Source of the DNA: Planctomycetota bacterium | Lineage (GTDB): Bacteria; Planctomycetota; UBA11346 | NCBI GenBank assembly: GCA_038231435.1 | Contig: JBBRLJ010000053.1 | Location: 1-29,759 of the forward strand | Direction of reading: 5' to 3' | DNA: 29,759 bases | Shown: one piece after another, positions 16,674-24,187 of the stretch | Layout: each line of letters starts with the position of its first letter | Numbering within the stretch: position 1 is the first letter of the stretch | Notes under the pieces: generated by a model | The model's database searches: none | What the model saw: only the letters and a program-made list of their open reading frames with translations | What the model was told of the DNA's origin: nothing | Translations under genes and position numbers: made by a program

Positions 16674-18641
16674 TCAGGCCCCCAGCGCCTTGCGCTTGTC
16701 GATCAGTAGCTGCACGACTGCGGGATCGGCGAGAGTAGAGATGTCGCCGAGGTTGTCGGTCTCCATGGCGGCGATCTTGCGCAGGATGCGACGCATGATC
16801 TTCCCAGAGCGTGTCTTCGGCAGGCCGGGGGTGATCAGCAGCTTATCGGGTGTGGCGATCGGCCCGATCTCCTTGCGCACCTGGGCGATCAGGCCCTTGA
16901 TCAGTTCGGGGCTCTCGTCGTGTCCCGCCTTGAGGATGACGTAGGCGAAGATGCCGGTGCCCTTGATCTCGTGCGGGAAGCCGCAGACCGCGGCCTCGGC
17001 GCAGGCGGGATGCGCGACCAGCGCGCTCTCGACCTCGGCGGTGCCCATGCGATGGCCCGAGACGTTGATGACGTCGTCGACACGGCCGGTGATCCAGTAA
17101 TAGCCGTCGGCGTCGCGCTTGCAGCCGTCGCCGGTGAAATAATACCCGGGGTAGGGCTGGAAATAGGTCTTCAGGAAGCGGTCGTGGTCGCCGTAGATGG
17201 TGCGCGCCATGCCCGGCCAGGGCTGCTTGAAGCACAGCACTCCGGAGACTTCGTTGCCCTGGATCTCTTGGCCTTTCTCGTCCATCAGCGCCGGCACCAC
17301 GCCGAAGAACGGCAGGGTCGCGGACCCGGCCTTCAGATCGGTCGCGCCCGGGAATGGCGTGATCATGATGCCGCCGGTCTCGGTCTGCCAGAAGGTGTCA
17401 ACGATGGTGCAGCGGCCTTCGCCAACGACCTCGTAGTACCAGCGCCAAGCCTCGGGATTGATCGGCTCGCCGACCGAGCCGAGCACACGCAAGCTCGAGC
17501 GGTCGTATTTCTTTGCCAGGGCATCGCCGTCCTTGGCGATGGCGCGGATCGCCGTGGGCGCGGTGTAGAAGATGGTGATCTTGTGGCGCTCGACCATGTC
17601 CCAGTAGCGGCCCGAATCCGGGAAGGTCGGGATGCCTTCGAACATAAAGGTGGTCGAGCCGTTGGCGAGCGGGCCGTAGACGACATACGAATGGCCGGTC
17701 ACCCAGCCGACGTCGGCCGCGCAGCAGTAGATGTCGCCCTCGCGGCAGTCGAACACGTATTTGTGGGTCATGGCGGCGTAGAGCAGGTAACCGCCGGTGG
17801 AGTGGGCGATGCCCTTCGGCTTGCCGGTCGAGCCCGAGGTGTAGAGCAGGAACAGCGTGTCCTCGGCGTCCATCGCCTCGGCCGGGCAGTACGGCCGTTC
17901 GCGGGCGCAGGCCTCGTCGAGGTACTGGTCGCGGCCGGGCTTCATATCGATCGTGCCGCCGGTGCGGCGCGCCACGAACACGCTGTGCACGCCAGGGCAG
18001 TGCGCGAGAGCCTCGTCGGCGGTCTTCTTGAGCGGCACGGTCTTGCGGCCGCGCAGGCCCTCGTCGGCGGTGATCAGGGCCTTGCAGTCGGAATCGAGGA
18101 TGCGGTCCTTGAGCGCCTCGGCGCTGAAGCCGCCGAACACCACGCTGTGGGTCGCGCCGATGCGCGCGCAGGCGAGCATCGCGTATGCGGCCTCGGGGAT
18201 CATCGGCATGTATATCGCCACGCGCTCGCCGCGGCGGATGCCGCGCGCCTTGAGCGCGTTGGCCAGCTTGCAGACCTCGCGGTGCAGCTCGCGGTAGGTG
18301 ATGCGCCGCACCTGGCCGGGTTCGTCAGCCTCCCAGAGGATGGCCACCTGGTCGGCGCGCTTGGCGAGATGGCGGTCGATGCAGTTCTCGCTGACGTTCA
18401 GCTGGCCACCCAGGAACCATGAGCTCAGGCCCTCGGGGAACGAACAGTCCATGACCTGATCGAACGGGCGCTTCCAGGTCAGGAAGCGGTTGGCCATGTC
18501 CGACCAGAATCCCGACGGATCCTTCACGCTTCGCTCGTAGAGCTTCTGGTATTCAGCCTTGCTCGCGATGTGGGCCCCGGCGCGCACGCGGTCGATGACC
18601 GGATAGAGGTCCTTGAGCTGGGGAACGGGGGCGCCGGACAT
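16674..18641 (-). CDS. acs: Acetyl-CoA synthetase (AMP-forming acetate--CoA ligase)
   Basis: [83 protein letters not shown] upstream of ATG 18641. Confidence 0.97.
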   Translation of the reverse strand: MSGAPVPQLKDLYPVIDRVRAGAHIASKAEYQKLYERSVKDPSGFWSDMANRFLTWKRPFDQVMDCSFPEGLSSWFLGGQLNVSENCIDRHLAKRADQVAILWEADEPGQVRRITYRELHREVCKLANALKARGIRRGERVAIYMPMIPEAAYAMLACARIGATHSVVFGGFSAEALKDRILDSDCKALITADEGLRGRKTVPLKKTADEALAHCPGVHSVFVARRTGGTIDMKPGRDQYLDEACARERPYCPAEAMDAEDTLFLLYTSGSTGKPKGIAHSTGGYLLYAAMTHKYVFDCREGDIYCCAADVGWVTGHSYVVYGPLANGSTTFMFEGIPTFPDSGRYWDMVERHKITIFYTAPTAIRAIAKDGDALAKKYDRSSLRVLGSVGEPINPEAWRWYYEVVGEGRCTIVDTFWQTETGGIMITPFPGATDLKAGSATLPFFGVVPALMDEKGQEIQGNEVSGVLCFKQPWPGMARTIYGDHDRFLKTYFQPYPGYYFTGDGCKRDADGYYWITGRVDDVINVSGHRMGTAEVESALVAHPACAEAAVCGFPHEIKGTGIFAYVILKAGHDESPELIKGLIAQVRKEIGPIATPDKLLITPGLPKTRSGKIMRRILRKIAAMETDNLGDISTLADPAVVQLLIDKRKALGA

Positions 18642-18875
18642 GGGTACTCCTGGTGCTGCTGATGCAGGGGCTGAGGCCGCCGCGCTCGGCGGGTCCTCGA
18701 CGATAAGGGCGGACGAGGTCGCGAGAAGCTCGCAGGACATGCTGCGTCCCTCCCAGCGGGGCACGGCCAATTCCACCCGGCATCGGGATCCATGCCGCCT
18801 GGGCATCCGTGGCAGACGTCTGATGCATGCTGCCCGCAGGCCACCGGCAGGAGCCGCGAGTCCAGTCTGAATGTT

Positions 18876-18889
18876 TTAATACGTATCAC
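18876..18889. promoter_or_regulatory. Candidate CRP/FNR-family binding site in the acs upstream region
   Basis: TTAAT-ACGT-ATCAC matches TTGAT-N4-ATCAA at 8/10 positions, within an unusually AT-rich patch. Confidence 0.35.
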
Positions 18890-19000
18890 TTGCGGATTTC
18901 CTTCCGATCTGGATAGGTGTGCCGCTGCGGCTCGCGCGGAGCCGGGACTTGACGGTCCGGTTCGATCCCACCTCGCCGTCCCACCCTCAAGGACCACCCC

Positions 19001-19138
19001 ATGACCGACCGCCACGCACGCCGCGGCAATGCCCTCGCCCGCCGCCGCGGAATGTCCAAGAACGAACGCCTCGCCGTGATCGCCCTGGTCTTCCTGCTCG
19101 TCGCCTGCGTCGGGTGCATCGGTTTCGCGATGCGCTGA
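19001..19138 (+). CDS. Small 45-aa single-TM protein with prepilin-like N-terminus (below ORF-track cutoff)
   Basis: MTDRHARRGNALARRRG-MSKNERLAVIALVFLLVACVGCIGFAMR*. AAGGA SD 7 nt upstream of the ATG, strongly GC3-biased codons, fills an otherwise empty gap. Confidence 0.65.
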   Translation: MTDRHARRGNALARRRGMSKNERLAVIALVFLLVACVGCIGFAMR

Positions 19139-19194
19139 GGCCGCAACCGGGCCTTCCTGCGCATCCGCCTGCTGGTGGCGCGCGTATCCATGGC

Positions 19195-19929
19195 ATGACG
19201 CCCACGCCCAGCCGCTCCCCCATCATCGCCCTCATCGCGGTCGCATGGGCGTTGGTGCTGGGTGGAAGCCGAGCCGCGGGGGCCGAGGCTGCACTGCGCT
19301 CACTGCTCGCCCTCGGCGATTCCTACACCATCGGCCAGAGCGTGCCCGAGGAGCAGCGCTGGCCGGTCCAACTCGCAGCCGCGCTGCGCGCCGTGGGCAC
19401 GCCCGTTTCCACGCGGATCATCGCCACCACCGGTTGGACGACCGACGAGCTGCTCGTTGGCATCGCATCGGCAGCCCCGAAGGGACCCTACGATCTGGTC
19501 ACCCTGCAGATCGGCGTTAACGATCAGTTCCGTGGCGGCACCGCCGACACTTACGGAGAGCGCTTCACGGTGGCACTCGCCTCGGCCATCGCCCTCGCGG
19601 GCGGACGTCCCTCACGGGTCATCGTCGCCTCGATCCCGGATTGGGGCGTGACCCCCTTCGCGCGTGGACGCGATAGCCACCACATCGCCGCCGCCATCGA
19701 CGCGTTCAATGCGGTGGCCAAGGCGCGCACCGAAAAAGCCGGAGCCGCGTGGATCGACATCACCCCGATCTCACGGCGCGCCGCCGATGACCACGCACTG
19801 ATCGCGGCAGACGGCCTGCATCCGGCGGGCTCAATGTACGCCTCATGGGTCGAACACCTGCTGCCCGCAGCACAACGTGCCCTCGGCACTGCCGGCCCTA
19901 CAGCGAGCCAGGTGCCGCAGGCGCCGTGA
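19195..19929 (+). CDS. SGNH/GDSL hydrolase (lysophospholipase L1-like esterase) with signal peptide
   Basis: Blocks LALGDSYTIG, IATTGWTT, QIGVNDQ and DGLHP; hydrophobic N-terminal segment. Confidence 0.93.
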   Translation: MTPTPSRSPIIALIAVAWALVLGGSRAAGAEAALRSLLALGDSYTIGQSVPEEQRWPVQLAAALRAVGTPVSTRIIATTGWTTDELLVGIASAAPKGPYDLVTLQIGVNDQFRGGTADTYGERFTVALASAIALAGGRPSRVIVASIPDWGVTPFARGRDSHHIAAAIDAFNAVAKARTEKAGAAWIDITPISRRAADDHALIAADGLHPAGSMYASWVEHLLPAAQRALGTAGPTASQVPQAP

Positions 19930-19947
19930 TGCCTGTCATCGGAGCGA

Positions 19948-20424
19948 TCAGGAAACCAGACGCCACATCGCGACTTCGTCGCAATCGAGGAAGCGGTGGC
20001 AGCGCACGCACTCGCCCCAGACCTTTTCTGGAAGGCGCGAGCGGTCGACCTTGGTGAAGCCGAGCTTGGTGAAGAACTCGACCTGGTAGGTCAGGCAGAA
20101 CATGCGCTCGAGGCCGAGGCGGCGACCTTCCTCGAGGCAACGCGCGACCAGCTCCTTGCCCACGCCCTTGCCTTGCGCGGCTTCGGCCACCGCCAGCGCC
20201 TTGAGCTCGGCGATCTTGTCGGTGGCGATGTGCACCGCGGCGCAACCGACGATGCCACCCACCTCTGCCTCGGCGACGATGAAATCACGGACGGTGTCGT
20301 AGAGCTCGCTCATCGGCCGCGGCAGCATGAGCTGCTTCGCCGCGAATGCCCCGATCAGAGCGTTCAACCCAGGTACGTCGGTCGGCCGCGCGGGGCGGTA
20401 GGCGATGTCGAGTCCAGTGGCCAC
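19948..20424 (-). CDS. GNAT N-acetyltransferase, short ArgA-like (amino-acid/N-acetylglutamate synthase type)
   Basis: MLPR, AELKALAV....QGKGVGKELV (acetyl-CoA motif A), FCLTYQVEFF.KLGF, LPEKVWGECVRC.RF..CDE.AM. GTG start. Confidence 0.85.
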   Translation of the reverse strand: MATGLDIAYRPARPTDVPGLNALIGAFAAKQLMLPRPMSELYDTVRDFIVAEAEVGGIVGCAAVHIATDKIAELKALAVAEAAQGKGVGKELVARCLEEGRRLGLERMFCLTYQVEFFTKLGFTKVDRSRLPEKVWGECVRCHRFLDCDEVAMWRLVS

Positions 20425-20475
20425 GGAGGCATTAAACCGCGCTCCGCCGGCGGCGCCATGCTCGGCCGCGCGCCG

Positions 20476-22872
20476 TCAGAACACCAGGTCGAACGCGGCC
20501 CGGCCGTGGATCTCGTGCGTCGCGCCCGGTAGCCGCAGGCTGGCCGTCACGCCTGGGGGCAGATCGACCACCAGCCTGCGGCCATCGCGGCCGACGCGAT
20601 CCCACGCGACCTCGAGCGGCCCCTGTGGCACGACCACGCGCACACGGCAGTGGTCCAGCGCGTCCAGCGCCGGCCGCAGCACGCAGCGCGCGTAGCCTGG
20701 CTGCTCGGCCGACAACCCCATCAGGCCACGATAGGCGAGCCACGGCATCACCGCCGACCAGGCGTGGTTCAACGAATCGTGCAGTTCGCCGCCGAAAGCC
20801 TCCCAGGTGGTGGTGGCGCCCCGCGAGAGCATGGGCTCGAAGCGTTGGCGCAGCAGGCGCACCGCCGCCGGCACCATGCCGCAGCCGATCATCGCCTCGG
20901 CGATGAAGAAGTACCCGTAGGGCGTGGAGGCTGCGATCTCGGGCCGCTGGTCGGTGGCGATGCACGCGGCGAGCGTGCGCTGGGCATCCTCGCCGGTCAG
21001 GACGCCCGTGGTGATCGCGAGCGCGTTGACGATCTGGCTCGACGTTCCGTAGGTCCCATCGGCGAGCCGGCAGTCGGCGATGAGCGAGGTGGATGGATCG
21101 CGGAAGGTCGCGCCGATGCGCGCTCGCAGGCGCTCGGCCTGGGCGCCCCAGCGGTCGTCGGCGCCGATGCCACGAGCGACTTCCGACAGACCCTGCAGGG
21201 CCTGGAGCCAGAACAGCTGCAGTCCGGCGTTGACGTCGCGGCGGTCGATGGCGGTGCTGTCGCGCGGATGCCAGCCCAGCCCGGGATGATCGAGGAACAG
21301 CAGCGCGTCGGGAGCATCGGGATGACGTGCGCGCAGCATCGCGCGTACCCGCTCGACCAGCATCCAGCCGTCGTCGCCCACGCAGGTCTCGAGATCCGCG
21401 ACGATGCGCGCGATTCCCGGCAGGGTCTCGGCGGCCAGCGCGCGATCACCGGTGAAGCGGAACGCGCGCCGCAGCACCTCGGCCGGCACCAGGCTGTACT
21501 CGATCAGGCAGCCGCCCATGCCGAAGAGGCTGGCGTTGACCACCCCCGCGGTCTCGAACTCGTCGATGGCCGCGCGGCAGAGATGGCGCAGATGGCTGAA
21601 ATCGCCGCTGAGATGCCCGGCGAGGTCGGCGATCCATACGCCGTCGCCCCAGTAGGCCCCGACTTCGCGCGTGTTGCAGTCGTAACACGCGGCCTGGGTA
21701 TTCAGCACCACGCTGCGCCGGCTGATGTCGTAGACCAGTCCGACCACCTGATCGGAGCAGGCGAAGGCGTCGCGGTACGGCAGGTCGGCATGGCATTCGC
21801 GCGCGCGCAGGTCGCGCACCACGATGCGGCCCTCGCCGTCCTTGAGCGATAGCAGGATCCAGCGGAAGCCGTGGAAGCCGAGCAGCCGGCAGCGGTTCAG
21901 GCCCGGGCCCAGGCGCATGCGCGCGACGTAGTGCGAACCATTGCGCGTGACCTCGGGGCGATCGTCGACGAAACGCTCGGTGAAGCCGAGATCGACGGTG
22001 CAATCGGTCTCGCACTCGATCTCGACCACCAGATCGCCGGCGCAGACGCGGCGCAGGTCGTAGGTGAGCGCCCAGCCCTTGTCGCCGCGCCGGCGATCGA
22101 GACGTACCCCGGCCGGGCCGATGCGATCGACCAGGTCGGCGTCCCAGGCCGGCGACCAATGCTCCTGGCTCAGCCGCCGCGCGAGATCCTGGATGAGGAA
22201 CACCTCGGGATTGCAGCGGTGGATAGCCGGCGGCGCCAGCGGGCGCACGTCGCGCCACGTGAGCGGCGGGACCTGGCGCGGTCGGAAGGTGGTCGCGCGG
22301 GCAGGACCTGCGATCAGGCGCGCCGGCGCGGGCAGCGCGGCGGGGACGCCGAGCGCGTAGTCCTCGGAGGCGAAGCGCGCGAGCACCGCCGCGTCGCCAT
22401 GGCGCATGTCGAGATCCTCGATTGGCTCGCGCGCCCAGGACATTCGTGGCGGCTCGGGATTCAGCAGCCGCAGCGCATAGGCCTTCCAACCCTCGGCGTC
22501 GATCAGGCGATGGCCTCCAACCTCGATCGCCACCGCCAAGCCGGGCTGGTCGGACAGCGCCCACTTGGTGATCATGCCGAACCAGCGCACGATGATGAAT
22601 ACCTCGTTGTCGCCTGGACGCAGCCACGACGACAGGTCGATGCTGTCGACGGTGACGATCGGCTTGCGGAAGGGAGCGGGGCCGGCGGCGACAAAGCGCC
22701 CGCCGACGTAGAGGCGCCACTGGGTCTCGGCGAACAGGTGGATGAGGGCCGGCTGGCCGATCTGCCACGCCAAGGTGCGCACGAATCCCGCGCAGGCGTT
22801 GCGTTGCGGCAGGCCCTCGGCCCACAGCCACGGCACGCCATCGAGCACCTGGGTCACGGGGCCGAGGGTCAT
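20476..22872 (-). CDS. GH78-like alpha-L-rhamnosidase family glycoside hydrolase
   Basis: YDCNTRE..AYWGD (cf. DCPxRE...W.GD), GFRW, ATTTWE, SLNHAWS, VPQGPLEVAW. SD GGAG upstream of ATG 22872. No signal peptide. Confidence 0.85.
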   Translation of the reverse strand: MTLGPVTQVLDGVPWLWAEGLPQRNACAGFVRTLAWQIGQPALIHLFAETQWRLYVGGRFVAAGPAPFRKPIVTVDSIDLSSWLRPGDNEVFIIVRWFGMITKWALSDQPGLAVAIEVGGHRLIDAEGWKAYALRLLNPEPPRMSWAREPIEDLDMRHGDAAVLARFASEDYALGVPAALPAPARLIAGPARATTFRPRQVPPLTWRDVRPLAPPAIHRCNPEVFLIQDLARRLSQEHWSPAWDADLVDRIGPAGVRLDRRRGDKGWALTYDLRRVCAGDLVVEIECETDCTVDLGFTERFVDDRPEVTRNGSHYVARMRLGPGLNRCRLLGFHGFRWILLSLKDGEGRIVVRDLRARECHADLPYRDAFACSDQVVGLVYDISRRSVVLNTQAACYDCNTREVGAYWGDGVWIADLAGHLSGDFSHLRHLCRAAIDEFETAGVVNASLFGMGGCLIEYSLVPAEVLRRAFRFTGDRALAAETLPGIARIVADLETCVGDDGWMLVERVRAMLRARHPDAPDALLFLDHPGLGWHPRDSTAIDRRDVNAGLQLFWLQALQGLSEVARGIGADDRWGAQAERLRARIGATFRDPSTSLIADCRLADGTYGTSSQIVNALAITTGVLTGEDAQRTLAACIATDQRPEIAASTPYGYFFIAEAMIGCGMVPAAVRLLRQRFEPMLSRGATTTWEAFGGELHDSLNHAWSAVMPWLAYRGLMGLSAEQPGYARCVLRPALDALDHCRVRVVVPQGPLEVAWDRVGRDGRRLVVDLPPGVTASLRLPGATHEIHGRAAFDLVF

Positions 22873-23072
22873 GCTGATGACTCCATGTGGATTGCGATGG
22901 TCTCGGTCATCGCGATCGATCCAGTTCACGTGCTTCCGCGCCGAAGGCAACCACGGGCGCTCGAGCGACGCAATTCTGGACAGCCCGAGGCACGTGGCGT
23001 GGCGCTCGCCATCGCTTCGCGCGTGGCGCCCTTCCCGGTTGAGCGCTCGGCGCCGGGTCCAAGGTGTGCGGC

Positions 23073-24068
23073 ATGATCCGCGCCATCGCCATGATCTTCC
23101 TCCTCATGCTCATGGTCTGCGCCGCCAGAGCGGCCGAACTTGCCGTCGAGCCCACCGTGCTCGGCGACGGCGCTCACCGCTATCAATGGGTGCCCGAATG
23201 GCTGTCGCTGCCCGAGGGCGTCGTGCTCGGCGGCACCCACGGGTGCGTCGCGGTCGACCGCCAAGATCGCATCTTCGCGAACACCGAGGGCGAATTCGCG
23301 GTCATCATCATCAGCGCCGATGGCCACTTCGTGAAGGGCTGGGGCAAGGATTACCGGCACGAGGCCCACGGCATGTGCCTGATCGCCGAGGGCGACCACG
23401 AGGTGATCTGGCTCGCGCATTTCGGTCGCCACGAAGTGGTGAAATTCAGCCTCGACGGCGAGGTCCTGCAGACCATCCCGTGGCCGAAGGGCTGCGCGGC
23501 CTACGCTAGCGCAGACGAGTACCGGCCCACGGCCGTGGCGGTGTCCGCCTCGGGTGACGTGTACGTGGCTGACGGCTATGGAAAAGGCTGGGTGCACCGC
23601 TTCAGCGCCGCTGGCGCGCTCATCCAATCGTGGAACGGCTCGGAGGGTGCCGCCGGAGCGTTCTCTTGTCCGCATGGCATCGGCATCGACGCGCGCACCT
23701 CGCCAGAACGCGTGGTGGTCTGCGACCGCGAGAACCATCGCCTGCAACTGTTCAGCCTCGAGGGCGCGTACCTGGGCGTGGTCGATGGGCTCAGGCGGCC
23801 ATGCAAGGCGATGTTCCACGGCGACGATCTGGTGGTGCCCGACCTGCAAGGCCGCGTGACCATCCTCGACCGTGAGTATCATGTCGTCGCCCAGCTCGGC
23901 GATAATCCCGACGCCGCCAAGCGCGCGAACTACGAGGTGCCGCCTGCGCAATGGAAGGACGGCGAGTTCACCGCCCCCCACGGCGCCGCCTGGGACTCGA
24001 TGGGCAACCTCTACGTCGAGGACTGGAACCGCACCGGACGCATCTCCAAGTTACAGCGCGTCAAGTGA
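23073..24068 (+). CDS. Secreted NHL-repeat six-bladed beta-propeller (peptidylamidoglycolate lyase-like)
   Basis: Signal peptide ending ARA-AE; NHL repeats RPTAVAV...GDVYVADGYG, FSCPHGIGID, VCDRENHRLQLF, FTAPHG.AWD..GNLYV. Confidence 0.88.
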   Translation: MIRAIAMIFLLMLMVCAARAAELAVEPTVLGDGAHRYQWVPEWLSLPEGVVLGGTHGCVAVDRQDRIFANTEGEFAVIIISADGHFVKGWGKDYRHEAHGMCLIAEGDHEVIWLAHFGRHEVVKFSLDGEVLQTIPWPKGCAAYASADEYRPTAVAVSASGDVYVADGYGKGWVHRFSAAGALIQSWNGSEGAAGAFSCPHGIGIDARTSPERVVVCDRENHRLQLFSLEGAYLGVVDGLRRPCKAMFHGDDLVVPDLQGRVTILDREYHVVAQLGDNPDAAKRANYEVPPAQWKDGEFTAPHGAAWDSMGNLYVEDWNRTGRISKLQRVK

Positions 24069-24187
24069 TGCGGCGGGGCGCCGTGGGCGTTGCGGCACCC
24101 GCCCCGCGCTGTAAGCGAATGAGCTTCATGATGTTCAAATTACGCGCTGGGGATCGCATACCCTGCCGCAGCCCATAGTCTGAAGCC

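Noticed and set aside
18945..18985. tRNA-like T-loop (ggttcgatccc)
   Set aside because: Only about 2 bp of T-stem can form, and there is no acceptor stem, D arm or anticodon arm.
19948..20424. GNAT as the Acs lysine acetyltransferase (AcuA/Pat)
   Set aside because: Its motifs (LPEKVWxECxxC...CDE) fit the short ArgA-like family, and it is separated from acs by two opposite-strand genes.
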